From: Lama guanicoe
Lineage: Eukaryota
DNA: 60,000 bases
NCBI GenBank assembly: GCA_013239625.1
Contig: MU054187.1
Coordinates: forward strand, 14,294,974-14,354,973
Reading direction: 5' to 3'
This document shows, piece by piece, positions 12,451 to 24,448 of the stretch. Below the pieces are notes generated by a model, which was not told where the DNA came from, ran no database searches, and was given only the letters and a program-made list of their open reading frames with translations. Positions within the stretch are counted from its first letter, which is position 1. Every line of letters begins with the position of its first letter. The translations under genes were made by a program, and so were the position numbers.

Positions 12451-14559
12451 GATAACCAACGGATGAGCTCTCTCTCCCCTGTCTCTAGTGAGGGTGTTAG
12501 AGTGTCTCCACTTTATAGATGAGTAACATACACAAAGTGGGTTAAAATTCACTCAGATAAAGTGTAGAAAGCTGGAATTATTCATTGAGTACCTCTATAC
12601 ATGAATTCAATAAATAATGAAGGCACGCTTTGTGCCAGGCACTGGTCAACTCTAAGCAGTTCGAGAGGCAGCAGGTAGGGTGGGGCCAGCTATTTGGGTG
12701 TCTCCTACAGCCCCAGGGATGTTCTGTGGCTGGGCCCACAGAGGCGGGCTGCCTACCCTTTAGTGCTGCCCTTGGGCTCATGGGAACATCCTTCAACTCC
12801 CAGGTGAAGTCATCATAGCCATGTCTGCTCTGGGATCTTGGTACCCAGCTCCTCCAGGGCTCAGCCCGAGGCCAGATCTCTGCTCTTGTCTCTCTCAGGT
12901 TCCTCAAACATACCGAGAGTTTGTGCTGTTGGCTGTCTACCTGGGACATGGTTTTTCGGGATGCTGGGAGAGGGAGAGGGGATTCACCCTCCCCACCTTT
13001 TATTCCTCCACTTTTTCTCCACTAACTCAGGAAATCTAATTCATGAGGAATTGGTCCAAATCAATGCCTTCTGCCCCAATTTCCCTCAAAAATCCCCAAA
13101 TCCCATCCTGCTAATGGTACATTCCCTGAGGCAATGAATGCCTCTTCATGGCTGCCTGTCTGGAGTGGAGCAATGGTTCTGGGGTAGAAGGAAATACTGG
13201 GGAACAAACAGGTTAATCTTTTAAAATTCCGTAACAGCTCACACTCCTCCTTTTAACAGAAATTGACGGGGCATCCCTTCCACGTGACAGGTGCTGGACC
13301 AACTGTGTATACGGAAAACGGTGACAGCCCCTGCCCCGGGGGCTCACAACACACTGCAGCTTCCAGTCTAGAGGGAAGGAATTACAGATCCTCCTGCACT
13401 AAGGAAACTCTTAGTCAGCTCTTCTGAAAACTGCTGTCCCAAAGGGAAATGACTTCTTAGACACAGAGTGAGAAGAACCATTAGACTTTTTCTTATAAAT
13501 ACAGATAAAAAGAGCAGACAGCTCCTGGTGGGAACAAAAGCACTGTGTGGCCACACACACACACACACTTGTTAAATAGACTATTATTATTTCTTTGCAC
13601 AGTGACCTTCCTCTTCCTAAAATCTCCTCCATTAGAGTCCAATCCGCTTCAAGCTTTGGAAAGGAATGTGCCCTTTTTCTTCCCTTAGGTCGTTTCTAGA
13701 AGTAAAGGGATGGAGGACAGGGTTCTTGGTGGCCCCTCTCAAGCAGGTGTGTTTCGGCTCTTGGTTTCCAGTCCTGTGGCGACTGGTTATCAACTCTGAG
13801 GGGAGAAGAAGTTGGGACCAAGAATGAAGAGTGAGAGCCAACCCCCAAGCCATGGGGTCAGGCCAGGAAGCCGCTCCTGCAGCGAATGGAAATGGTGCCT
13901 AATTCCCTCCTGAGACAGAGCTGAGGAGAGCACTGCCCAGAAGGGTCCTGGCGGGAAGCGGAGGAGGCCGGCGGGGGCGTTCTGAGGAGAGCGGGAGGGA
14001 GCATTGTGAAACTCCCCGAGGACCCGGGACAGACAAGCGGGCTTGCTCCTCCAACATCACAGAATTGCACCCGGAATATACTAATTTTTTATTCCGATTT
14101 ATTTATGATCACAAAGGAAAGGCATGTTGATTTCTGGTTCTCTAATGAAGTGTTTTTGATGATGGGATTTTTTTTAAAGCTAATATGTATTTATTAAGCT
14201 ATTCCTAGGAAAAGAAGGTTTTTTGTTTTTTGTGGGTTTTTTTTTTCATACTTCTTTGAAAAAGATTGCATTTTTCTCAAGAAGTTCTTACAGAACCCAG
14301 CCACAGAGGAAGACAAAGGCATTTTTACATTCGTCTTTTTTACATTCATCAGTGCTGGTTGAATACATGTGAGGCTAAGGGTATTGCTAGGTACTGAGGA
14401 TGAAGGCAGGTAAGACAGAGCCTGGGTCCTCAAGGAACTTGCAGCCCACAGAGGGAGGGAGATAAATGCTCAGATGGAGAGTGAGGAGGAAAAGAAAGAA
14501 GCATGTGAGGAAGGAGGAAGAGATGGCTAAATTCCTGGAATAGCTCACATAATCTGACC

Positions 14560-14850
14560 CGCTCAGACTCTCCATTTTGTTCTGAGTTAAAGCCAAGCCC
14601 CTACTCACTCCGCCCTGGCCCCTTCCTCTCCAGCTGCAACTCCTCGTCTCTCACCGCTCCGGCCTTCCCCCCTCCACACCAGCCACACTGCCCGCACCAG
14701 ACACACCTGCCCAGGTGCTTTCAACCTGCTGTTCTCTCTGCCCTCAACGCTCCCCCTGGAGGTATGCCCAGGATGCCTTCTTCCTTCAGGCCTTTACTCA
14801 GCTGTCATCTTCACTGTGAAGCTCTCCTCCCACCCTCCACACACTCCATC
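14560..14850 (-). mobile_element. L2 LINE fragment
   Basis: tgctgttctctctgccctcaacgctcccc...cttcttccttcaggcctttactcagctgtcatcttcactgtgaagctctcc; typical antisense L2. Confidence 0.65.
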
Positions 14851-14904
14851 ATTCTTCCCGGCATCACAAAACTCCCAAAGCAAATGGTGAACCCTCAAGG
14901 GTCC

Positions 14905-15075
14905 ATAGGCTCCACCTTGAGGACTGCTGCATTCAGGTTCCAGGGGAGACTTGTTAACATCCAACTGGTCCCCCAGAGATGCTGTTTTAGTGGCTCTAGA
15001 GAAGAGCCTGGGACTCTGCATTTTAAAAAGTAGCTCAAATGATGCTGATGTTGTGGTCCAAGAGCTCCCTTTGCA
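14905..15075 (-). mobile_element. hAT-Charlie MITE (MER5A-like)
   Basis: ggggagacttgttaac...gcctgggactctgcattttaaaaag...tgatgctgatgttgtggtcca. Confidence 0.65.
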
Positions 15076-15117
15076 AAAATAAGGAAAATGGGAAGCCATT
15101 GAAAGGTTCCAAACTGG

Positions 15118-15527
15118 TGTTGCCAAAAAAAAAAAAAAAAAGAGTGGCCTCTGTCCCCCGATAGCCGAATTGAGAGTCGGAGGCATAGTTTGGGGAGTAT
15201 AGAAAGCTGCATCGCTTTGCCAGCAAAGGACGTCACAGCAGGCTTACGCCATAAAGACCGGGAGCCCCTCTTGAGGTTTGGGTCTTGAAATTTTACAGAA
15301 AAGGTGGTAACGATCAGGGCATTTTACAGGTGTTAACATTCCTGTCACCTCAGTGAAGCTGCAGGAGGAGCTCCCGGAGGGCCTGCCCGTTCTTCTGAGA
15401 CTATCAACCTGTTATCTCCTCCCTGGAGCATAGCCTCTGGGTTGAAGTTATTCTCACTAAAGAGTGAGTCCGCAGACAGTTCTCACATCAGGGAAGTCCG
15501 TTTGCTAGTTTGCTTTATGCTCCTTCA
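15118..15527 (-). mobile_element. Class I ERV solo LTR (410 bp)
   Basis: TG...CA termini (minus strand TGAAGGAG...TTTGGCAACA) with exact 4-bp TSD ctgg (15114-15117 and 15528-15531); gctttgccagcaaagg segment resembles laurasiatherian ERV1 LTR R/U5. Confidence 0.8.
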
Positions 15528-15610
15528 CTGGGAGTGACAAGATACATCAGGCCCAAAGGGAGCCCTGGGGGCCACAGTCCTAATTTCCAAGAGGTCGCTG
15601 GGGTCCAAAT

Positions 15611-15839
15611 CAAGAGTCAGCTAACTACGTCCTGTGGGTGAAATCTGGTCCTCCACCTGTTTGTGCAAATAACGTTCTCTTGGAACACGATCGTACCCAT
15701 TCTTTTACCTAATTGTCGACAGCGGCTCTCATGCTAGAACTGCAGGGTTGAGTAGCTGTGACAGAGACTATAAGGCTGCCAAAGCAAAAAAATATTGACT
15801 ATTTGAGACTTTTTAGAAAAAAAAAATTGCCAATCCCTG
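15611..15839 (+). mobile_element. hAT-Charlie MITE (MER58A-like)
   Basis: caagagtcagctaactac...ttggaacac...gttgagtagctgtgacagagac...ttgccaatccctg; degenerate 8-bp TSD gtccaaat / gtctaaac. Confidence 0.85.
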
Positions 15840-17199
15840 GTCTAAACCAAGGGCTGGAAGGCAGAGAGGAAAAGTGATCAATATTTGGAGAGAAGACCAG
15901 ATGAGCAGATGGGGTGAGGTGAGGGTGGGTAGGGAGGAGCTGAACCCCCAGGGATGGGCCCCGGGTCTCAAGCTCAGACCACCGGCTGAAAGTGCTACCT
16001 CCAAATGAGATCTGTGTAGCTAGAAGAGGCCCAGGGTTTTCATGAGGATGGTAACTGTATGTTTTGGAATATATATTTTCCATGCTTAACATACAGTTTC
16101 ATTGAGATTTTCTGTAGTTCGTCCCTATCAGGTTGGTATTTGCCTCTCAGAAATAAGGGTAAGAGTTTTATCAGAGGAACCCCAGGCACTAATCTAAAAT
16201 GCATTGCCTCATTTATCCCCATCAATGAAAAGGTGCAATTATTTTCATTTTATAGATCAGCAAAAATGAACTTAGAGGCTAAACTAAATAATGTACCCAA
16301 GGACAGATCTGTTAGATTCCAGAGTTCTTAATGTTGCTCTTTGCAAAAAGATCTACTTTGTATGTTGTATGGTTTGCAAAGGTGGTTTTTAAAAAACCAC
16401 TCCCAGTGACAGGTAATAGAGGATTCAGTTGTTTGTGCATTTCTACCCAGAGCTTGTCTTACCCTTTGCTTCCTGTTTCTAAGTCAGTTTCTGATCCATA
16501 ACAAAACATTACACTTAATCCCATTTACAGTAACTGAATATTTTTACAATCAGTTGTGGCGAGACTGGCCAAGAGTTTTTCGATAGGTTAAATAAAGTAA
16601 AATACTTCCACTGGTAATTTGTTCACACGGATTGATAACTTCAGAACCAGAGTAGGTGATCCAAAGTGAAATTCATGGTGCCTCTCACAGCCCGAGGGAG
16701 CACACTGAGTATCCCCAAGCTGATAGTGTCCCCACTGACTTTTAGCACAAACTCCACTGTTGTCGCATTAAAGCTGAGTTCATTTCACAGCCAAGAGGAA
16801 GAAAAGTGAAATCTTTACTCACTCTATTTTTCTCCCTCAGCCAGAGAGCATGGCAGATCTGCTACCAGAGAGTCAAAAATGAAGAGAACTGGGTTTATTC
16901 ACCAGTTTACTTCAAGGAAGACAGTACAATAATCTCTTGCTAACTTGGGACTGCTTTCCGACGAAAGGTTGAGATTGAAAAGGAAGGAGGGGATAGCAAC
17001 AGGAAAAACAGTAAAATGGTACGAAAATTTAAAAAAAACCGCACATAGTGAGTGGCAGTTCTAGAACATACCCACTTCCAAATTTGTTGCCGTTAAGAAC
17101 CTGTTCCAGTTCACAGCTCTTCCCTTGTTTCCCTCTTCTGTGGCCTCTCATTGTAAGTGAAACAAAATCTGAACTCTATACTGTTGCCTCCAGTTCCCT

Positions 17200-17515
17200 A
17201 ATGATCGGACCCTCACTGTCATACTGGCTTCCGTGGGGTCCTCAAGGCCATGATCCTCTCCACACAAGGCCTCTGACCCTCAGACTTTCCCCCTGCTCCT
17301 CATCCTTCAGTTTGACTCAGATGGGCTGTCCAGGGGTGCCCAATCATTCTCTGAGCATCCTTGGTTTACTTTCTTTATGGCATACATGATCAGCAGTACT
17401 CTTGTTTATGTATTGATTTAGTTGTCTGTCTTCTGTCTGCCCCACTAGAATGCAAATTCCATAAAGTTAGAAGCTGTATTTGCTTTTTCAGTGATATGAC
17501 TTGAATGCATAAGAT
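17200..17515 (-). mobile_element. L2 LINE 3' fragment (target of the ERV insertion)
   Basis: tgtctgcccactagaatgcaaattccataaagttagaagctgtatttgc matches the antisense L2 3' end. Confidence 0.55.
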
Positions 17516-18103
17516 TGTTAAAAAATAAAATAAAACTCAACTGAGTAAATTTAAACATCAAATTGGCTTTACTTAGTAATTTATGAATTTTGGGGAAAGG
17601 GTATAGCTCAAGTGGTGGAGCACATGCTTAGCATACACAAGGTATGGGGTCCAATCCCTAGTACCTCCTCTAAAAATAAATAAATAGATAAATAAGTTAA
17701 CCTAACTACCTATCCCCACAAAAAATGAATTAAAAATTTTAAAGTGAGGTTAAAAATAATTTATAAATTGGGCAGTCGCCCTTAGCAGATAGAAAGGAGC
17801 TCTGAAGAGCTGCACAAAATGCAAGACTTTTATAGGCGGAAGGAGGTAGGGCAAGGAGATTATTCTAACAAACAGCGGATTGTTTCTGGCAAGGTCACTT
17901 TCCTTTCAGGGAGAGTGGGGGTCTGTCAGGCAGATTACCTCACTAGTGCTGACCAGGTAATTCCAGAATGACTGGTTAAAGTTCACATTCCTGGGAGAGG
18001 CTGAAACTGAAATTCGGTTAGATATTAAGTCTTGGCTTGCTGATGTGTGGGGCTTAGCACAAGTGACTCCATTTTGGGCCCATTGCTTCCTTTTTTAAAA
18101 ACA
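17516..18103 (-). mobile_element. 3' LTR of a class I ERV (contains a SINE insertion)
   Basis: TG at 17516, CA at 18102-18103; directly adjacent polypurine tract on the minus strand (aaaagggagact, 18104-18115). Confidence 0.8.
17591..17756 (+). mobile_element. Camelid tRNA-derived SINE inserted in ERV LTR
   Basis: ggggaaagggtatagctcaagtggtggagcacatgcttagcat...; TSD taatttatgaatt (17577-17589) / taatttataaatt (17757-17769). Confidence 0.88.
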
Positions 18104-19020
18104 AGTCTCCCTTTTAATAAAACTTTCAGTTTAACTGAGAAATGACAACCAAAATGTAAGGCATTAGTGCTACATCTCGACACCACTCTGAAGTTCTAAC
18201 AGTTTTTGCTGATACTCTGAATGAAATGACTTCTGATTCACATTTCTTAAGTTGGTTATTCTCTTCAGTCCCTTTTTGATGTTCCAGTCTTCAGGACACC
18301 ATTCAGTTAGTGGCTGCAAACATGCATTTAAAGCTTTTGAGAGAATACAGTACACCAGGAAGTCTATTATAATTATTATAAGCAAGTTAATTCCCAATGT
18401 CTGGAGTGCACTTCAGAGCAGTGGCCCCTAAGATGCAAACCAATCAAAATAAAATTAGTCAAAGAAAGACCCTGTTGAAGGAGTCACTTTCATAAGCCAG
18501 TTTTCTTAAGTAACCAAGGACCTAATGAAGAATCTTTGTTTTCTAGGCAGATTACTTTAAAGGGTAAATAAAAACCTTTTACAATCTCTTATCAAGAGCT
18601 GATCAACAGTCTAAGGAAACTTTGTCCTTTTAACAGAGAGAAAATCAAAGTTTAATTTTGCACTTTAATTTATTTTTAATTTTGATATTAAAATTAATTT
18701 TGATGTCAAAACTCTTTTTTGTTTTTTTTACTCAAATAAAGTAATTTTAGTCTTAGCCAGCTTGGTCACACATAAAATTCCTTTCCAAAGATTTTTTTTC
18801 CCACAAACTTTCCACAACTTTCTGTTTTTGTATCCAGATTTTGTCCTGTTTTTCCTCTTTCTAATTCTGAAATAATCAGTCTCGCTTTAGAGCAAAATTA
18901 CTTTCTTTTCCCTCAACAAAATGCATCTCTATTCCACTATCATCTTTTACGAAAAATACATTGTTTCCCTGCTTACAGGGATGTTTACCTTATTATTTCT
19001 AGTAGTTTTAATTACATATA

Positions 19021-19245
19021 CAGTTGACCTTTAAACAACGTGGGGATTTGGATGCTGACCACCCCTCTCCCCCACCACCATGTAGTAGAAAATCCATTCA
19101 TAAATTTTAAGTTGACCCTTCATATTCAGTTTCACATCCTCAGATTCCACCAACTGTGGATAGGATAGTACTGTAGTACACATTTATTAAAAAAAAAATC
19201 AGTGGATGTATGCAGTTCAAACTCATGTTGTTTAAGAACCAACTA
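19021..19245 (-). mobile_element. Tigger2-derived MITE (Tigger2a-like) nested in ERV
   Basis: TIRs cagttgacctttaaacaac / gttgtttaagaaccaacta, preceded by TA; internal tagtactgtagtacacatttatt. Confidence 0.8.
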
Positions 19246-20529
19246 CAGTAGAATTTTTAATGCTTAAAAACCTTAAATTTTAGTGAAAGGAGTGAATAAT
19301 TGTGCACTGCCTTTTATGTTACTACAACTGAATACTGAGTATTTGCTCAGATCATGTGAACTTGAAAAGTGTGCATTATTTCTATTATATTTTTGAGAAT
19401 TTTTTCTATTATATTTTTGAGAATTAAGAATACTTAATTCATGTAAGTGTTGAATTTTCTTTAAACCAGTTAAATAGAGCTCTTTTACAAATTAATTTTG
19501 GTACTACCATCATCAGAGGTAGAAAAACACCACACATCTACAACACATACATACGCATACATGCAAACACACAGACATATGTAAACAGAGAACTTACAGC
19601 TTCTGTTCTAAGGTTTTAGCCATGAATCAGGTACAATGATACAAAACTCACTATATATAAAATAAGTTGTATTCAAATTGTGTTTGTAGCAAATGAAATA
19701 AGATTACCTTCTCAGATGGCTAAAGCTTTTGCTGATATTTGTGGAGAAGACACAGATTGTTCATTTGCCCAAATCTTAAATAACATTTCCCCCTTTTGTT
19801 TTCCTTCAGCGAAGAATTACCTCCCTGAAGTTTTTATTTCAAAGAGATGACCTAGATAAGAGTTCCTGGAGAAGACCAAGTAGAACATTTACATCTCAAA
19901 AGCGCAGGGAAAGAATGCAAGTTCCTCCAAGAAGGACTTTTGCTCCCTAAGGCCAGAGGTGTTTGTTTTTTGTTTTTTGGTTTTTTTTTACAATATCTAC
20001 AAAATTTTTGTGATGAACAAGTGAGGTTAATTGTTTCAAAGTCTAGGTGGACTCTGAATCATTTTGAGAGCTGCATTTCTGGTCTTACCAAGTTTTGTTG
20101 GATAAAGATAGTTGCTTCTCATTCTTTGAAGAATTGGGTTGTAGCCTAAATGATACAAAGGGCTGAACTGCAACCACATTATTCTGAATTTGCTTCTTTA
20201 CATCAGGGAGAAGATTTTCAACTAAGAAAGAAATCAAAAGAATTAGGGCTTTATCTTTGGAATGTTTTTCTTTCCCTCTGGGTACATTTAATTTTGAGGA
20301 GAAAGCCTACAAAAATTTCCTATCAGGCATTTTCAAAAATCCTTTTAAATATCTTGTGACAATCCCATCAACTCAAGAGGTGTCTCCCAAGAGGGTGCAA
20401 AGATATTTTATTTTTCTCTTTCCTGGGTACTACAGACAGGAGATTTGGAAAAGCTGACTGTGGTAAGAATTCTCACCCTTAGCTGACTTCTGCCAGTTTT
20501 CCCAGGACCCCTTCTGTAGGCTTTGGCAT

Positions 20530-21205
20530 CTACCAGAATTTGGCAAGGTTTTCCATTAATTTTGATTTTAGTTTCTCTTGGCTGTTTAAAGGAATAGTGT
20601 AGCAATTTACCAGAAAATCCCTCAGAGACTCATCAACTCTGAGAGGGGGCCATATGGGATCCTCCTTCAAGGGTACATATGGGGACGTCTGTAAGGCCAC
20701 TAACTTGGTTTACAGTCTTGTTCCAAAGTCCTTTCAAAGTGCTCAGCTTGTTCCAAAGTCCTTTCAAAGTGCTAAGCTATGCTTCAGTCAGACTAGTGGC
20801 CTCTCACCTTATTTTCTGCCTTTTTATCAATCTCCTTATCTCTGGAGATGATCCATTTACAAAGCCTTTTGCAGATTCTCCATGGGTTTAGGAAATTCTT
20901 CAACTTAATTCAGTCTTTGACCAAAAAGTAAGATACCTAAAGAGGATTGCCTGTAGCCTCCAGTTATCTTACTTAAAAAGGTAACTGTTTGATAGTCTCT
21001 TCAGGGTGGAAAGGCAATTCAGACATAGGGTTCCTAGAATGAGTGCTCAAATGAAAGAGAACAAAGGCAGGCCATAGGAGTTACCTCAGTCTTACAGTCT
21101 TTGGCTTCAGGTACCTCTTATGTCTTTAATTTTTCATTAGCCTTGGACATCAACTCTTTCAATGAAGCTGTTTTGGAGTTTTGAAGTCTTTTGGAGTCTT
21201 CTGCA
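20530..21205 (-). pseudogene. Decayed retroviral gag (MA/CA) and protease N-terminus
   Basis: Manual translation: AEDSKRLQNSKTASLKELMSKANEKLK (~21121-21204), FVNGSSPEIRRLIKRQKIR*EATSLTE (~20783-20863), AEHFERTLEQ, then ETKIKINGKPCQILVD (retropepsin LVD-TGA motif cut after D). Confidence 0.7.
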
Positions 21206-22499
21206 CACAGTTGAGAAATACTGGCTTTTCCAGGACCAAACTGAACCTCATGTATGTAAAAAGATCTAAGACCAACTTATTTAAGCTATAAATTTAAAAT
21301 TGGCCAGTGAAGGATTATTACACATTTCCATTTCCACACAGTCTCCTTTTCTGTGCAGATAGGACCTCATCACCATCTAATAAGACTCAGTAATGCCTGA
21401 GCCAAGAATACACATTGCTGGAAATCAACAGGCAGGAGGAAGGGCTGGTAATATCAGTGACCAGCATCACACCCAAATTACTGTCTTGTTGACTTGTGGG
21501 TTTGTGCAAATTTATGAGGGAGGCCACAGGCAGGGCATAAAACAATGAGCTGCTGCTTCTGGTGTAACAGATTTGCTGCTGAATACATGTTAGTGGGAAT
21601 GGAAACTGGAGACTGGAGAAGGCACCATGCTATCCTGGGGTGCAGGGCAGTGTGTGTTGGCAGCCTAGACTCGGCCCCACAATAACTCAGCCCTCACAGG
21701 CAGTTGGGCCAGAGAGATTTATGGACTCCAAGGAATGTGTGCGACCAAGGCTGCTCAAAGAGGGTCATACATTGTGAAATTCTGACTGTCAAATAACATG
21801 TTGGGGTTTCTTCAGTGGTCCCAAGACTTAGAGATTACATCTTTAACACATCAATAACTTAGCCTCTGGTTAGCAAGGTTCACTGGGGCATGACTAATCA
21901 GCGGATGAAAGTGTCTTTGTGGGGATTAACTTTAATGAAAAGAAAAGGAATAGTTATTTGGGGAGTTTGAAATCTTCCATAAATCAAAGCGAACACTGAC
22001 AAAGCAGGTTCATAAGGTAAGAATGAAGCCATTGTGGGGAAAATTAAGGAACAGCTACTTTTTATATAAATCACAGGCCAGGGCTACATTGGTTGAGGAT
22101 TCCATGGGAACAGGACCGTTTAACTTGTTCAGGTGTAAAGGAGTAATATTTGGAAGGAAGCTCAACTCTCCTTAAGGGAAACCAGATGTCCTGTGTCCTT
22201 ATTAACCCTTTCCCACTGACATGCAAAGTAATCTGGCAATGGGCTTATTGAATCTTTGAGGGAGTGATCTCCAGTTATTCCGAATCCAGTTTTCAAAGAA
22301 CATCTCAACCCATCCTTATTTAAGGGCCCTGTAGTTCAAAGTCCATCCCGGATACCATGGGAACAACTCCATGCAGGCCACCAATCACTTAAGAAAGATG
22401 ACTCTCTGTCCCACTGAGAACTTAGGCAGTAGATTTACAAGAATAAGCTGGACTCCACCGTAATCGAGTGATTAAAGTTTACTCCACTAGTAATGAGTA

Positions 22500-23185
22500 A
22501 AACTAGCATGACATCCCTCCTGAAGCGACGCATCGAGGGGGACCCAACATCACCAATTTGCATTTCTGCCAAACGTGTAACCTGAGCCTAATCATGGGGA
22601 AACTACTAGATAAAACCAGATAGAGGGGAAATCTATTAAATAGATTTTTTAAACAGTTCTCTTTAAAAAAAATTTTTTTTTCGTAAAAGACAAAGAAATT
22701 CAGAGCAACCATTCCTGAATAAAGGAGACCAAAGAGAATGGCAACTAAACCAATGTGTCATCCTGGACTGGGTTCTCCTCAAGAAAAAGTTGCTATAAAA
22801 GCATTGGGGTATTTGAGAAACGTACGTTTGACTCCTGCTTTAGTAACAGTACTGTATCAATGTTAAATTTCTTGAATTTCATAATTAAATAGCATTATAA
22901 GAGACTATCCTAGCTTCTGAAGGATACACCTAGAAATATTTTGAGGTTAAATTTCAAGATGCCTGCAGCTTATTCTCAAAGGGTTCAGAAAAATATTACA
23001 TATATAATATATATATATATTTAGAGAGAGAGAGAAACCGAGACAGAGAAAGACAGAGAGACAGAAAAGTAGCAAAACATTAACTAACAATTGGTGAATT
23101 TAAATGAAAATACCTAGGAGTTTACAGTGTTCTCATAATTTTTGTGGAAGTCTGAATTTTTTTTAGATAAAAAGTAAAAAAATGA
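22500..23185 (+). mobile_element. L1MC-like 3'UTR fragment with (TA)n(GA)n tract
   Basis: aacctgagcctaatcatggggaaac...aataaaggagaccaaagagaatggcaactaaa...gtactgtatcaatgttaaatttcttgaattt. Confidence 0.75.
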
Positions 23186-23329
23186 AATGAATCAGATATA
23201 CTTTAAGAATAGTAAATGGAGGGGGGAATTCACATATTTCTTTAAAATTTTTTTTAGCTGAGGTCTGGTTGCTAGTCAGTCAGTGACAGTCTATTCGGAA
23301 GTGTGCGATATGAAAGACATGGTTCATAT

Positions 23330-23620
23330 TATAAGCTAGGAATGCTTTTGACTTCAAGTTTAATAAGCCAGACTTACACAGATATGAATCTTTGTTTCTC
23401 ACATCAGCTGTTCTGGAACTGGTGAGAAGCTTCCTGGGCTCTTATCCTTTCATTCTGCATTTTTAATGGATCAGCTTTTTGTCTCATGGATACAAGATGG
23501 CTGCAGCACTTCGAGGCATCATGTCTTCCTTCCAGGAGGAAAAGAGGTGGAATAAGAAAGAAGAAGTGCATCTGTTTAGAAAAGCAACAGCTTTTCCAGA
23601 AACTTCCAGAGGCTAGTTAC
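23330..23620 (-). mobile_element. Old MaLR LTR fragment (MLT1J/K-like)
   Basis: ctcatggatacaagatggctgcagcacttcgaggcatcatgtcttccttccagg. Confidence 0.6.
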
Positions 23621-23699
23621 AGGTAAATATACTCAAAACATGTCTATTTTCTAGATACTCCTTCTCTTGATCATGAAATTATGTATTATGAAATGTTAG

Positions 23700-23910
23700 A
23701 GAAAGAGTGGTAACTAGGAGCCTGAAGACTGGGTTCAGTCCTGGTGCTTTCACTCTCTATGTGATGTTACACAAGTCAGTCAACATTTCTGGACCTCCAT
23801 TTCCTTAGTTTTAAAATGAGAACTTTTTTTTAAACTTTTTTTTTATTGAGTTATAGTCAGTTTAACTGGATTAGCTCGAGTTCTCTTCCAGCAATAACAA
23901 TCTATGATTG
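23700..23910 (+). mobile_element. MIR SINE interrupted by a ~40-bp L1 tip
   Basis: ggagcctgaagactgggttcagtcctgg...tatgtgatgttacacaagtca...ctggacctccatttcctt...aaaatgag | ttccagcaataacaatctatgatt. Confidence 0.7.
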
Positions 23911-23929
23911 TATAATATTTCCTAGTGTT

Positions 23930-24360
23930 TATGGGTACTTTTATCTGAAGTGTACACAGCTCTGACTGAAACTGGCTTAAATAACTAGGAAATTTATTCT
24001 GTCACGAAAGAAGAAGGCTGGGTTCGGGTGTTTTGATTTAACTTCTTAACAGCATCACCATGAGCATTTCCAGCTCCTTCCATTGCGCTGCTCTGCTCCT
24101 GCTGGAACTGGCTTCCTGTTCACGCTGTCGATGCAGCTATTCCAGGCGGTGTATCCGGATAAGGTGCTGTGCACAAGAAGAGGAAAAGGCATCTAGTCCC
24201 GCAGTGTTCTCACAGAAGAGATGGAACTTACCCAGCAGCCTCCTGGCAGACTTCCTCCTATGTCTACTAGACAGAATTGACTTGTGTGTGGGTCCTGAGT
24301 TGTCACTGAAAGGAGAGTTAGAATTACCTAGTTGGTTTAGACGAACAGGCTTAGACCAAT
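23930..24360 (-). mobile_element. Old MaLR LTR (MLT1K-like)
   Basis: ctgactgaaactggcttaaataactaggaaatttatt...ggcagacttcctcctatgtctactagacagaattg. Confidence 0.6.
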
Positions 24361-24404
24361 TATCTGAGGTCAAAGAGATTTGGGGTAGTCAATCATAATG
24401 TATT

Positions 24405-24448
24405 TGTATCAGTCAGGGTTCTCCACAGAAACAGAACCAATAGGAAAT

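Larger units (their letters stand above)
18104..21300 (-). mobile_element. Non-autonomous class I ERV internal region (MER4-group-like) with gag/pro relics; 5' LTR not seen
   Basis: Polypurine tract next to the LTR, AT-rich non-coding body, tgtggtaagaattctcaccctt motif; minus-strand gag and protease peptides at 20530-21205. Confidence 0.75.

Noticed and set aside
16382..16400. Short palindrome gtggttttt-a-aaaaaccac
   Set aside because: The 9-bp arms are mostly homopolymer; expected by chance.
21300..22500. Possible continuation of the ERV (pol/env or 5' LTR)
   Set aside because: I found no RT, integrase or env motif, primer-binding site or second LTR copy; left unassigned.
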